Assembly (NCBI GenBank): GCA_964544325.1
Contig: CAZJAP010000002.1
Span: 17,335 to 81,334 of the forward strand
Origin: an uncultured Candidatus Izemoplasmatales bacterium
GTDB taxonomy: Bacteria > Bacillota_I > Bacilli_A > Izemoplasmatales > Hujiaoplasmataceae
Reading direction: 5' to 3'
Length of the DNA: 64,000 nt
Shown here: one piece after another, positions 39,424 through 49,418 of the stretch
Position numbering within the stretch: the stretch's first letter is position 1
Layout: each line of letters starts with the position of its first letter
Notes under the pieces: model-generated
What the model was told of the DNA's origin: nothing
What the model saw: the letters and a program-made list of their open reading frames with translations, nothing else
Database searches by the model: none
Position numbers and translations under genes: made by a program

Positions 39424-41215
39424 GTCTTTTCCCCCTTATGGATATAGCGTTTTGTCGCAATTCCAGAATTTTGTTCATTATTCCATTTTCTTCTTCTTTA
39501 GAAAGGGCTTCAGTGTTTAACCTTTCTTGTAATGCGTTTGCTTCTGATTCATATTTATTAATAATTAATGTTTCCAAGCAATCATTAAGTTCTGTTTCAT
39601 TATAGAAACTATTTGTAGTTATTCTGAATAATTTAAGTTCTTCCTCAGTCAAATCATTTAAATCTTTTTTTATTTGCATTTCATTGATTTTAACTTTACC
39701 GTGATAAAGTGCTGTTAAAGTCAATAAAAAAGTCTTTAAACGATTGTCATCTATTTTTATCATATCAAGTCGATCATTGATTAAACTTCTTGATTCTTCA
39801 TAAACAGCATAATAGTTTATGATAGTTTTTGCAGCTTTTTCAATCGACTTTTGAGTCAAACGTTTTTCATTTGCACTTTTTGTTATAGATAGTTGCCTTT
39901 GTTTTATATTATTTCTTCTGGCATTTTCCGCTTGTAAGTTATGGTAATCCGCAAGTATATCCTCATAATTTACATGAGTATCATTGCTGAATTTTTTCAA
40001 GTATATTTCTCTAATGGTCGAACTAGCAACTCTATCTAAATATTCAAAAATCGCTATTTTAGCTTTTTCTATTTCCGAAGGTTTTGATAAATCTTTTTTT
40101 GAAACAATTATTTCATAAACAAAATCGTACTGATCTAAAAGATTGTTTTTTAAAAGATTCCTGAAATTCTCTGCAGAATATTTTTTTATGTAATCATCTG
40201 GGTCGAGACCATTTGGCATTAAAGCGACCTTTACATCTAATCCAACCTGTCCTAATAATACTAAAGCTTTATAAGCGGCTTTAACTCCAGCCTCATCGCC
40301 ATCATAACAAACTACGACTGTTTCACTATATTTTTTTATTAATCTAGCTTGGCTGATTGTAAGTGCGGTTCCCATTGAGCAAATAGCCTCTTTTACACCG
40401 GCTTTATGAGCGCTCATTACATCAAAAAAGCCCTCCATTAAAACAATTCTTTTATTTTGGTTGATATATGGGATAGCTTTATCAAGATTAAACAAAACAT
40501 CTGATTTAGAGAATATTTCCGTTTGTGTAGAATTGACATATTTAGCGACATTTTCCTCATTATTAAATATTCTTCCGCTGAAGCCAACTGTTTTACCTAA
40601 TTCATTATTAATAGGAAACATAATTTTATTACGAAAAGCATCATAATAATCGTTATTATTCTTTCCTACCAAACCTAAATCTATTAACTCATAATCATGA
40701 AAATCTTTTGATAAAGTTTCATGAAGCAAATTACCTTTTCCTGGAGCTAAACCGATTTCAAAATACTTTAAAATTTCTTCATCAAAACCTCGATTTTTCA
40801 AATAATTTAAAGCATTTGATCCAGTATCTAAATTTAATAATTGTAAAGAGAAAAATTGTTTAGCTAATTCATTAATGCGAAAATATTTCTCAGAATTATC
40901 AGATCTTTCAATATAGTCGTTCTGATCTGGAGTAATTCCATATTTTTCTGCAAGATAGTTTACCGAATCCCAGTAATCAAGATGTTTATATTTAGATATA
41001 AATTGAACAACATTACCTTTTTCACCACAACCGAAGCAGTTGAATAACTGTCTTTCCTTCGAGACAAAAAATGATGGTGTTTTTTCATTGTGAAAAGGGC
41101 AAAGACCTTTCATGCTTTTGCCCGATTGATGCAATGATACAAATTCAGATACGACATCAACTATATCAGCTGTATTAATTATTTCATCTACTTTTTTCCT
41201 ACTGAATCTGGCCAT
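39398..41215 (-). CDS. dnaG: DNA primase
   Basis: Zinc ribbon [11 protein letters not shown]...CFGCGEKGN; Toprim EGFFDV and DGDEAG. Confidence 0.95.
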   Translation of the reverse strand: MARFSRKKVDEIINTADIVDVVSEFVSLHQSGKSMKGLCPFHNEKTPSFFVSKERQLFNCFGCGEKGNVVQFISKYKHLDYWDSVNYLAEKYGITPDQNDYIERSDNSEKYFRINELAKQFFSLQLLNLDTGSNALNYLKNRGFDEEILKYFEIGLAPGKGNLLHETLSKDFHDYELIDLGLVGKNNNDYYDAFRNKIMFPINNELGKTVGFSGRIFNNEENVAKYVNSTQTEIFSKSDVLFNLDKAIPYINQNKRIVLMEGFFDVMSAHKAGVKEAICSMGTALTISQARLIKKYSETVVVCYDGDEAGVKAAYKALVLLGQVGLDVKVALMPNGLDPDDYIKKYSAENFRNLLKNNLLDQYDFVYEIIVSKKDLSKPSEIEKAKIAIFEYLDRVASSTIREIYLKKFSNDTHVNYEDILADYHNLQAENARRNNIKQRQLSITKSANEKRLTQKSIEKAAKTIINYYAVYEESRSLINDRLDMIKIDDNRLKTFLLTLTALYHGKVKINEMQIKKDLNDLTEEELKLFRITTNSFYNETELNDCLETLIINKYESEANALQERLNTEALSKEEENGIMNKILELRQNAISIRGKRHVKKTTNN

Positions 41216-41226
41216 TATCTACCTTT

Positions 41227-42615
41227 CTATAAAAATTCTTTTTTTAAGTAAGCAGTTAATTCTTCTATTTTCACTCTAACTTGTTCCATAGAATCTCTAT
41301 CTCTCACAGTTACAGTATTATTTTCCAAAGTTTCGTTATCGATTGTAACGCAATAAGGTGTTCCAATAGCGTCAGCACGACGATAACGTCTTCCTATATT
41401 TCCAGCGTCATCATAAAAAGCAACAAAATCTTTTAACAATATTTCAAAAACTTCTTCTGCTTTTTCAGTGTGATATTTTTTTACTAAAGGTAAAACATTT
41501 ACTTGATAAGGAGCTAACTCTTTATTGATTTTAAGTAATGTTCTAACTTCTCCGTTTTCTAAAGTTTCATCTTCCAAGTTATCTAATAATAGAGCTAAGA
41601 ATAATCTTTCCACACCCAATGAAGGTTCGATAACATAAGGGAAATAAGATTCATTGGTCAAAGGATCAAGATACTCAAGATTTTCACCAGAAAATTCTTG
41701 ATGTTGTTTTAAATCATAATCTGTTCTTGAAGCAATACCCCAAAGTTCATCAAAACCCCATGGAAAATTATATAAAACATCTGTGGTAGCATTTGAATAG
41801 AAAGATAGTTTTTCCTTTGGATGATTATAGAATTGCAGATTCTCTTCTTTTAAACCGATTTCTAGTAAAAATTCTTTAGCGTAACTTTTCCAAAAATCAA
41901 ACCACTCAATTTCTGTTCCCGGAACACAGAAAAATTCTAACTCCATTTGTTCAAACTCTCTAGTTCTAAACACAAAATTACCCGGAGTAATTTCATTTCT
42001 AAAAGATTTACCGATTTGGCCAATTCCAAAAGGAACTTTCTTTCTTGAAGTTCTAACAACATTTTTGAAATTTAAAAAGATTCCTTGAGCTGTTTCAGGA
42101 CGTAAATAGATTTCATTATTACTATCTTGAGTAACACCTTGTGATGTTTTAAACATCAAATTGAATTCTCTAATTTCTGTATAATCAAAACCGCCACAAT
42201 TTGGACAGTGAATCTTATTTTCGATAATGTAATCATACATTTTTTGGTAATCCCAGCCATCGGCATCGACTTTACCTTTAGTAGCCTGAGAAATCAAATT
42301 ATCTGCACGATGTCTCGTTTTACAACTTTTACAATCCATCAAAGGATCCTTAAACCCACTTACATGTCCTGTCGCTTCCCATACTTTTGGATTAAGTAAA
42401 ATAGAAGAATCAATTCCGACATTTAATTTATTTTGTGAAACGAATCGTTTCCACCAAAATTGTTTAATATTATTTTTTAAACTAACACCTAAAGGGCCAT
42501 AATCCCAAGTGTTAGCTAATCCTCCATATATTTCTGAGCCTTGATAAACAAAGCCATATCTCTTAGCATAAATATTAAGCTGTTCAATAGTATATTTCAA
42601 AGTAATTTCCTCCAT
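41227..42615 (-). CDS. glyQS: glycyl-tRNA synthetase (dimeric GlyQS type)
   Basis: [18 protein letters not shown] and class II motifs. The ATG at 42615 lies inside a GGAGG; TTG at 42600 (7 nt after that GGAGG) is an alternative start. Confidence 0.92.
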   Translation of the reverse strand: MEEITLKYTIEQLNIYAKRYGFVYQGSEIYGGLANTWDYGPLGVSLKNNIKQFWWKRFVSQNKLNVGIDSSILLNPKVWEATGHVSGFKDPLMDCKSCKTRHRADNLISQATKGKVDADGWDYQKMYDYIIENKIHCPNCGGFDYTEIREFNLMFKTSQGVTQDSNNEIYLRPETAQGIFLNFKNVVRTSRKKVPFGIGQIGKSFRNEITPGNFVFRTREFEQMELEFFCVPGTEIEWFDFWKSYAKEFLLEIGLKEENLQFYNHPKEKLSFYSNATTDVLYNFPWGFDELWGIASRTDYDLKQHQEFSGENLEYLDPLTNESYFPYVIEPSLGVERLFLALLLDNLEDETLENGEVRTLLKINKELAPYQVNVLPLVKKYHTEKAEEVFEILLKDFVAFYDDAGNIGRRYRRADAIGTPYCVTIDNETLENNTVTVRDRDSMEQVRVKIEELTAYLKKEFL

Positions 42616-42639
42616 TTTTTCGCATACTAACTCATTTTA

Positions 42640-42668
42640 ATTATACTCTTTTTATAAATTTAAGTCAA
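42640..42668 (-). promoter_or_regulatory. sigma-A type promoter for glyQS
   Basis: Minus strand TTGACT (42668-42663), 17-nt spacer, TATAAT (42645-42640). Confidence 0.6.
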
Positions 42669-42703
42669 ACCGATATCATAGTAAAATAATTAAAAAGAAC
42701 TTA

Positions 42704-43420
42704 TTAATAACCAATAAGTCCTCTTAACATTTTTCTTGACTTTGATTGATAATTTAAATGATACTCGTAATACTCGTCAATCAACTCTCTGATTTGAATC
42801 AAGAGTGATGAATCGATATTTATTTTTGGTTCTTTATTTATGTCATGATAATATAACTTGCTGATAGCTAATACTACTTCGCTTGAGTAATATTTATCCT
42901 TAATATGTTTAACGCATAAGGTTCCGCCTTCAACAATAGAAAACAATAAATTATTAGTTTCTTCACACTTCATACAAACATTTAAAACCGGATTCACTCC
43001 CAGCAAATAAAGAAGTTTCAGTTCAAACATATTGATATAAGGAATGTAATCATCAGATTTAACTATTATCTCTAATATTTTTAATAAAAATAAATATAAT
43101 TTTTGATGATCATGCTCGTGGGTTGAGAAATAGTAAACTAATTCCATTACAAACTGCATATAAGTATACTTTTCCAAATTATCATTCACTTGAGAGTAAC
43201 TAGAAATAATTTCTCCATCTCTTAGTACTTTTAAGTTTTTACCACCAACAATTAATTTTACATGATTTAAGACCTTAGTTAAATTTAAATAAGGACTTTT
43301 AATCGTTTTACTACCATGTACTAAAACACTTTTTAGTCCTTCTTCAGTATATAGATAAATTATTTCTGAACTTTCCTTATAACTGATTTTCTTAAGAATA
43401 ATTCCTTGATATTCTTCCAC
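42704..43420 (-). CDS. recO: DNA repair protein RecO
   Basis: 238 aa; OB-fold N-terminus (GIILKKISYKESSEIIYLYT), Cys cluster CMKC...C; era-recO synteny. Confidence 0.8.
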   Translation of the reverse strand: MEEYQGIILKKISYKESSEIIYLYTEEGLKSVLVHGSKTIKSPYLNLTKVLNHVKLIVGGKNLKVLRDGEIISSYSQVNDNLEKYTYMQFVMELVYYFSTHEHDHQKLYLFLLKILEIIVKSDDYIPYINMFELKLLYLLGVNPVLNVCMKCEETNNLLFSIVEGGTLCVKHIKDKYYSSEVVLAISKLYYHDINKEPKINIDSSLLIQIRELIDEYYEYHLNYQSKSRKMLRGLIGY

Positions 43421-43433
43421 AAAGAAATCCTTT

Positions 43434-44324
43434 CTAATCTAAATCTTTATAACCATAAGTTTTGAGATAATATTCTCTATTACGCCAATTCTCTTCAACT
43501 TTACAAAATAGTTCTAAATAAACCTTGGTTTTTAATAGGCTTTCAATATCGTTTCTAGCAGCTGAACCGATTCTTTTTAACATAGAACCGCCCTTGCCGA
43601 TTATTATTCCTTTTTGAGATTTTCTCTCTACTACAATAGTAGCTAAAATTTCTGTAATGTTTTTCTTAGTTTTATATGATTCTAAGTAAACCATAACTGA
43701 ATGCGGAACTTCTTCGTGAGTGAATTCAAGAATTTTCTCACGAATAAATTCTTGAATTAAAAACGTTTCAGGTCTATCAGAAATTTCTCCGTCAGGATAA
43801 TATTTTGGTCCTTCTAAAAGGTGTTTTTTAATATCTAATAATAAGAGGTCGACATTGTCACCTTTTAAAGCAGAAATGCCAAATACGCCTGCGAATTCAA
43901 AAGCCTTTTTATAAACATCTAATGCTTGATTTAAACGATCAAAATCTGTAATTGTATCTAGTTTATTAACAATTAAGAAAACTGGAGTTTTAATGGATTT
44001 AAGTTTTTCCATAATTTCTAGGTTATAGTTTAAAACATCATCATATGCATTAATCATAAATAAGACTAAATCAACTGATTTGACTGTAGATAAAGCTGAA
44101 GAACTCATATATTCCCCAAGTTTAGTTTTTGCTTGGTGAATACCTGGTGTATCCAAAAATATAATTTGAGAATCATCGCTATTATAAATACCAGAAAATA
44201 CGTTTCTGGTAGTTTGCGGTTTATTTGAAACAATTGCGACTTTTTGTTTAAGAACTTGATTTAAAAAAGTTGATTTACCAACATTTGGCTCACCAATAAT
44301 TGAAACAAAACCACTTTTAAACAT
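43434..44324 (-). CDS. era: GTPase Era
   Basis: G1 GEPNVGKST, G3 DTPG, NKLD, C-terminal KH domain. Confidence 0.95.
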   Translation of the reverse strand: MFKSGFVSIIGEPNVGKSTFLNQVLKQKVAIVSNKPQTTRNVFSGIYNSDDSQIIFLDTPGIHQAKTKLGEYMSSSALSTVKSVDLVLFMINAYDDVLNYNLEIMEKLKSIKTPVFLIVNKLDTITDFDRLNQALDVYKKAFEFAGVFGISALKGDNVDLLLLDIKKHLLEGPKYYPDGEISDRPETFLIQEFIREKILEFTHEEVPHSVMVYLESYKTKKNITEILATIVVERKSQKGIIIGKGGSMLKRIGSAARNDIESLLKTKVYLELFCKVEENWRNREYYLKTYGYKDLD

Positions 44325-44716
44325 TACAAATCCTCTTTAGAAAAACCATAAGGTAATAAGTCTTTATTGAGTAATTCCTTAATGTCACCCTTGCTATTTG
44401 CAAAGTAAACTTTTGCATCAGGTTCCATTAACTCAGTCATAACTTGCCTGCATGCTCCACAAGGCGATACAAAATAATCCTTATCGGTATATACCATTAT
44501 TGCCTCAATATCTTCTTTTTTAACGCCTTTTGAATATGCGCTAAAAAGAGCTGATCTTTCTGCACAATTAGAAAGACCGTAAGATGCGTTTTCGACATTA
44601 ACCCCTTTTATAGTTTCACCATTCTTTAATTTTAATACTGCTGAAACGCGAAAATGCGAATAAGGTACATAAGCATTTTTAATATTTTCTTTAGCTAACT
44701 TATATAATTCTTTCAT
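44324..44716 (-). CDS. cdd: cytidine deaminase
   Basis: CAERSAL and PCGACRQ zinc motifs. Confidence 0.92.
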   Translation of the reverse strand: MKELYKLAKENIKNAYVPYSHFRVSAVLKLKNGETIKGVNVENASYGLSNCAERSALFSAYSKGVKKEDIEAIMVYTDKDYFVSPCGACRQVMTELMEPDAKVYFANSKGDIKELLNKDLLPYGFSKEDL

Positions 44717-45153
44717 TTGTTCCTCCTATATTTTGATAGTTCTAATATATTTTCTTGTAAAGCGAACATTTCTTTCTCTTCACTTTCCGTTTGATGATCA
44801 TAACCTAAACAATGTAAAAAGCCATGAACGCAAAGAAAAGCTAATTCTCTTTCAAAATTATGTTCATAATTCTTAGCTTGTTCAATAGCTTTATCAATTG
44901 AAATAAAAATATCACCAATTTCATTAGTAAAATCATCATTTTCAAAACTTAAGACATCTGTAGCTTTATCAATATCTCGATAGTTTTTATTCATTTCTTG
45001 GATTTCTTCGTTATTAACTAAAACAACATTAATAACCATTTTCTCTGAAATTTTTAAATATTTATCAGCGGCTTTAAGGCTTTTTTTTATAACTTTATTA
45101 TATTTTTTTTGATTATTATAATTATTAAACACATTAATTTTTATCATTTTCAA
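44713..45153 (-). CDS. ybeY: rRNA maturation endoribonuclease YbeY
   Basis: [11 protein letters not shown] metal-binding motif; TGA stop overlaps the cdd ATG. Confidence 0.92.
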   Translation of the reverse strand: MKMIKINVFNNYNNQKKYNKVIKKSLKAADKYLKISEKMVINVVLVNNEEIQEMNKNYRDIDKATDVLSFENDDFTNEIGDIFISIDKAIEQAKNYEHNFERELAFLCVHGFLHCLGYDHQTESEEKEMFALQENILELSKYRRNK

Positions 45154-46102
45154 ACCTCTTGATAATCGTTTGAACTAATGGGTGTCTAACAACATCCAAT
45201 TCATCAAAGTATAGAATCTTTATATCATCAACGTTTTTCAATATATGTGAAGCTTTTACGAGTCCGGATAACATATTTGATGGCAAATCACTTTGGGTTA
45301 TATCACCTGTAACAATCATTTTCGAACCAAAGCCAAGTCTAGTTAAAAACAACTTCATTTGGTTGATTGTCGTATTTTGGGCTTCATCTAAAATAACATA
45401 AGCATTTTCTAATGTTCTTCCTCGCATATATGCTAATGGAGCTATTTCAATTATTCCTTTTTCAATAAATTCTGTACTTTGTTTAACACCTAAAATTTCA
45501 TACATCGCATCGTATAAAGGCCTTAAATAAGGATCAATCTTTTCTTTCAAGTCTCCTGGTAAGAAGCCTAGTTTTTCTCCAGCTTCAACGGCAGGTCTAG
45601 TTAAAATTATTTTTTTAATTTGATTGTCTTTTAGTTTTTTAAGTGCCGACAATACAGCTAGGTATGTTTTACCAGTACCTGCTGGACCGATACCAAAAAC
45701 AATTGCGTTGTTTTCAATCGCTTCTAGATAAAGTTTTTGATTAATTGTTTTCGGAAATATTGGTTTGCCTGTATAAGTTTTTATTACTTCTTTTCTGCTC
45801 AAAAATAAGCTGATAATTTCTTGATTATCAATTTTACCAACTGTGTGATAAAGATATATTACATCTCTTTCGTTGAAAACTATATTATTTCTTATAAGCG
45901 CAATCATAATTGCAAATATTTTTTGCAATTTTGTGATCTTATCTTCATCTTCAGAATCAACTAAGATTTCTTCGTTATTTGAATAGATGTTGACTTTAAG
46001 CAATTTCGATAACAATTTAATGTTTTTATCATTAACTCCAAGAAGATCAACTAATTCATTAAGGTTATTTATTTCAGGATCAATTTTCACTATATTTGTC
46101 AC
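45134..46102 (-). CDS. phoH: PhoH-like ATPase
   Basis: Walker [10 protein letters not shown], Walker B ILDEAQN; GTG start. Confidence 0.9.
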   Translation of the reverse strand: MTNIVKIDPEINNLNELVDLLGVNDKNIKLLSKLLKVNIYSNNEEILVDSEDEDKITKLQKIFAIMIALIRNNIVFNERDVIYLYHTVGKIDNQEIISLFLSRKEVIKTYTGKPIFPKTINQKLYLEAIENNAIVFGIGPAGTGKTYLAVLSALKKLKDNQIKKIILTRPAVEAGEKLGFLPGDLKEKIDPYLRPLYDAMYEILGVKQSTEFIEKGIIEIAPLAYMRGRTLENAYVILDEAQNTTINQMKLFLTRLGFGSKMIVTGDITQSDLPSNMLSGLVKASHILKNVDDIKILYFDELDVVRHPLVQTIIKRFENDKN

Positions 46103-46247
46103 AAATATTAGTCTCTCCTATCATTTAGATTTCCATTTTTTTAATTCCAATAGCATTTTCTGTTAATAAATTTTGAACTGTTATTACCATATAATACTTA
46201 TATAATAATTATATCACAAAGCTAATATAAAAAAGAATTTGAAAGAG

Positions 46248-46278
46248 AAAAAATAATGACAATTCAAGAGAATTGTCA
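46248..46278 (-). terminator. rho-independent terminator after rpsU
   Basis: Stem tgacaattc/gaattgtca (46257-46278), 4-nt loop, T-run on the minus strand. Confidence 0.75.
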
Positions 46279-46292
46279 GAATTTATCAATAA

Positions 46293-46466
46293 TTATTTTT
46301 TACGAGTTTTGTTAGCGCGTTGTTTTAATTTTTTTGTGACACTTGGTTTTTCGTAATACTCTTTTTTACGGGCTTGAGCAAGATTTCCCGAACGAGAAAC
46401 GTCACGTTTAAAACGTCTAAGTGCATCTTCAATTGTTTCGTTTTCTCTAACGACAGTTTTAGCCAT
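46293..46466 (-). CDS. rpsU: 30S ribosomal protein S21
   Basis: 57 aa from ATG 46466 ([21 protein letters not shown]...), RBS AAGGGGTGA. The track's start is an upstream extension. Confidence 0.93.
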   Translation of the reverse strand: MAKTVVRENETIEDALRRFKRDVSRSGNLAQARKKEYYEKPSVTKKLKQRANKTRKK

Positions 46467-46634
46467 TGCTTTCACCCCTTTTCTTACCATTTAGTATTAT
46501 ACTAAATATTAAAGAAAAAGTAAACTTATTTTTTTTGAAAATATATTTAAATATGGCCTATTTTATGGTAAAATTATACAAGATATACAAATTTGGAACT
46601 TTAAATCAAAAATCTATTAAAAGGAGTGATAGTC

Positions 46635-47282
46635 ATGGATAATAATATGTTGTTTTTAATGCTTGATACTCAAGGAATAATTATCCTTTCAGTAATCGCT
46701 CTTTTAGTTTTAATTCTTTTAGGAATAATTATTTCTAACAGTAAATATAAGGCTAGATATAGACGTTATTATAAAAAAATCGATAAAGATATCAATAAAA
46801 AATATAATGGTAATATGCTTATAGAAAATTTAGTAAACAAATATACCAAAGACAATACCAACACATATAAATCTTTGAAACAAAAAGGCAAAGTATTAAC
46901 TAAAAAATATTTGAACTACTACTTTACAAAATTACCCGAGTTGGTACTTTTAAAAAGTTTTATTTCATCTGATAAAAATAAAAGTGAATTAATTATATAT
47001 TTAATGGATGAAAATGAACGATTGCTATATCAATGGAATAAAAGCAAAAAAGTTAAAGGTTTAATTAAGGCAATAAATAAGTATCAAATGCTTATGCCAA
47101 TGATTGCTTTTCTATATGAACTACCACTTAATATTAATGAATCTAAGCCTTACCGTTTAGTTAACCATGATAATGATAATATTTTGTCATATGATATTGT
47201 AAAAAATACTAAAAAATTCAATAAGAAGCATAAAAAAGTAAAAACAAAAGAAAAGAATAAAAAGAATAAAAAGAAAAAATAG
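46635..47282 (+). CDS. membrane-anchored lysine-rich protein, unknown function
   Basis: 215 aa from ATG 46635 behind AAGGAG. One N-terminal TM segment, a very basic body and a poly-K tail (KKHKKVKTKEKNKKNKKKK). No family recognised. Confidence 0.5.
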   Translation: MDNNMLFLMLDTQGIIILSVIALLVLILLGIIISNSKYKARYRRYYKKIDKDINKKYNGNMLIENLVNKYTKDNTNTYKSLKQKGKVLTKKYLNYYFTKLPELVLLKSFISSDKNKSELIIYLMDENERLLYQWNKSKKVKGLIKAINKYQMLMPMIAFLYELPLNINESKPYRLVNHDNDNILSYDIVKNTKKFNKKHKKVKTKEKNKKNKKKK

Positions 47283-47311
47283 CTCAAATCATAATTGATT
47301 TGAGCTTTTTT
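47274..47311. terminator. bidirectional rho-independent terminator (K-rich gene / mtaB)
   Basis: 11-bp stem agctcaaatca/tgatttgagct (47281-47306), with A-run before and T-run after. Confidence 0.8.
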
Positions 47312-47313
47312 AT

Positions 47314-48603
47314 TTATACCAATTCCCCAATATTATATGGCTTATCAGGACTAATCACTTTTACGTCAACTTCTTTTCCTAAACAATCTTTATTTCCTTT
47401 AAATTTAAGAGATATATAGTCTCTTGAATGTCCAACTAAGTAACCATCTTTTTCTTGTTCGGCAATCACCCTAACAATTTTTCCAACACTGTTTTTTACA
47501 TGTTCTGTCATTAGATTATTGCTTAATTCAATAAGTTTATGTACTCGTTCTTTTTTGATATGGCCATCTATTTGATTAGGCATTTTATCAGCAATAGTTC
47601 CTTTTCTTCTTGAATAAGGGAAGACGTGGAGTTCTTGAAAGCCAACTGATTTAATAAAAGCAAAACTTTCTGCAAAATCTTGATCCGTTTCTCCAGGAAA
47701 ACCCACTATTATATCTGTGGTAAAAGCGACGTCAGGTATTTGACTTCTAATTTTATCTAATGAAGCTCTAAACTCATCAGTGGTATACTTTCGATTCATC
47801 GATTTGAGAATTTTATCTGTTCCTCCTTGTAAAGGAACATGAAGGTGATGAACAATTTTTTCGGAATTTTTGATTACTGTTAAAATTTCATCATCAATTT
47901 CTGTAATCTCAATTGAAGAAATTCGAATTCTTTTTAAGCCATCGATTTTTTCTAAATCCCTTAAAAGCGATGCAAAGCTATAATCAGATAAATCTTCTCC
48001 ATAACCACCAGTGTGGATACCTGTTAAAACAACTTCAATATGTCCGTGTTTAACTAATTGATTAACTTCTTCGATAATCATTTCTTTACTCTTAGATCTT
48101 ATTCTGCCTCTAGTATATGGGATAATACAGTAGGTACAAAAATTATTGCAGCCATCTTGAATTTTTAAGAATGCTCTTTTTTGAGTTTTAAAATCATTAA
48201 TAGAAAGAGAATCATATGCTTCGTTTTTTTCTAAATCACTAGTTATATTGATTGGTTTTCTATCAACCAAATATTTCTCTAAATAGGTAATGATTTTTTC
48301 TCTATTTTTTGTTCCTACGACAATTTTAACACCATCAATATCCATCATTTCATCAGCTTTTAGTTGTGATAAACATCCCATAACAATAACGATAGCTTCA
48401 GAATTTTTATGATAAGGACGACGGATGATTTGTTTTGACTTTTTTTCGCCTGTATTTGTAACCATACAAGAGTTTATGATAAAAATATCGCTATAATCAT
48501 CAAAGTCTACTATCTCATATCCTTTAGCGATAAATTGTTCCATGACTGCTTCTGTTTCATAAGAGTTAACTTTACAACCCAACGTGTAAAAAGCTACTTT
48601 CAT
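47314..48603 (-). CDS. mtaB: tRNA t6A37 methylthiotransferase (radical SAM)
   Basis: 429 aa; CNNFCTYC radical-SAM cluster, N-terminal UPF0004 Cys triad, TRAM C-terminus; follows rsmE, as in Bacillus. Confidence 0.88.
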   Translation of the reverse strand: MKVAFYTLGCKVNSYETEAVMEQFIAKGYEIVDFDDYSDIFIINSCMVTNTGEKKSKQIIRRPYHKNSEAIVIVMGCLSQLKADEMMDIDGVKIVVGTKNREKIITYLEKYLVDRKPINITSDLEKNEAYDSLSINDFKTQKRAFLKIQDGCNNFCTYCIIPYTRGRIRSKSKEMIIEEVNQLVKHGHIEVVLTGIHTGGYGEDLSDYSFASLLRDLEKIDGLKRIRISSIEITEIDDEILTVIKNSEKIVHHLHVPLQGGTDKILKSMNRKYTTDEFRASLDKIRSQIPDVAFTTDIIVGFPGETDQDFAESFAFIKSVGFQELHVFPYSRRKGTIADKMPNQIDGHIKKERVHKLIELSNNLMTEHVKNSVGKIVRVIAEQEKDGYLVGHSRDYISLKFKGNKDCLGKEVDVKVISPDKPYNIGELV

Positions 48604-48607
48604 TGTG

Positions 48608-49327
48608 TTATTCCTCCGTAAGATAGCGGAAAATTGACGCTACATAGATTGCAGCTGTTTCTGCTCTTAGTATTGTTTTACCTAACGAAATACTTGTAAA
48701 CCCTGATTTTTCTAAACTTTTAATTTCCTCATCACTAAATCCGCCTTCAGGACCAATTAAAACAAGTGTGCTCTCGTTTGCGTTAAATGGTTCAAGTACA
48801 GATTTGATATTATTGTTTTCTTCACGAGCGTAACAAAAATACTTGTGATCATAATTTAAACTTTTTAAATCTTCAAGCTTTAAATAATCAGCTATTTCAG
48901 GTATCATTGTTCTTTCTGATTGTTCGCTAGCTTCCTTTAAAATTGTTTGATATCTTAACTTTTTTTTAGAAAAATCATCTAATTTAATAATTGATCTCTT
49001 TGTTTTTAAGGGAATAACCTTATTTACACCTAGTTCTGTTACTTTCTGTAAAATCAGTTCGAAATTATCTTTTTTGATTAAACTTATTCCTAAATCAAGG
49101 TTTAAAGGTTTCCAGTCACTTTTGATTTCATCGATTATTTCTAAAACAATGCTTTTTTTGTCAATACTAGTAATCATAGATAGATAAAGTGAACCATCAT
49201 AAGTATTTAAGATAAGTTTATCATTTAATTTATTTCGCATGACATCTTTAATATGATGGACATCTTGTCCATCAATAACAACTATATTTTCTTTAATTTG
49301 ATTTCTATCTATAAAGTATCTTTGCAT
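48608..49327 (-). CDS. rsmE: 16S rRNA (uracil1498-N3)-methyltransferase
   Basis: 239 aa from ATG 49327 (MQRYFIDRNQ...); C-terminal GPEGGFSDEE and LGKTILRAETA motifs. Confidence 0.88.
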   Translation of the reverse strand: MQRYFIDRNQIKENIVVIDGQDVHHIKDVMRNKLNDKLILNTYDGSLYLSMITSIDKKSIVLEIIDEIKSDWKPLNLDLGISLIKKDNFELILQKVTELGVNKVIPLKTKRSIIKLDDFSKKKLRYQTILKEASEQSERTMIPEIADYLKLEDLKSLNYDHKYFCYAREENNNIKSVLEPFNANESTLVLIGPEGGFSDEEIKSLEKSGFTSISLGKTILRAETAAIYVASIFRYLTEE

Positions 49328-49372
49328 ATTATCACCAAATCTATCATACCAAAAATAACCTTTAAATACTAG

Positions 49373-49399
49373 AAAAAACAACCGAAACTTTCGGTTGTT
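49373..49399 (-). terminator. rho-independent terminator closing the padR-jetABC-like operon
   Basis: 9-bp stem aacaaccga/tcggttgtt (49377-49399), 5-nt loop, T6 run on the minus strand. It starts 20 nt after the SMC-like gene's stop. Confidence 0.8.
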
Positions 49400-49418
49400 T
49401 TAATAAATTTATTGATTT

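Noticed and set aside
46103-46247. 20-codon minus-strand ORF (MVITVQNLLTENAIGIKKMEI) in the rpsU-phoH gap.
   Set aside because: It has no RBS and no recognisable family. The gap is better explained by the rpsU terminator plus a TGaTATAAT-type promoter for phoH.
48608-49327. I asked whether the gene immediately downstream of the SMC gene could be the missing JetD.
   Set aside because: It is separated from the SMC gene by a strong terminator. It is clearly RsmE (GPEGGFSDEE, LGKTILRAETA, 239 aa) sitting in its conserved rsmE-mtaB context, with no Toprim motifs.
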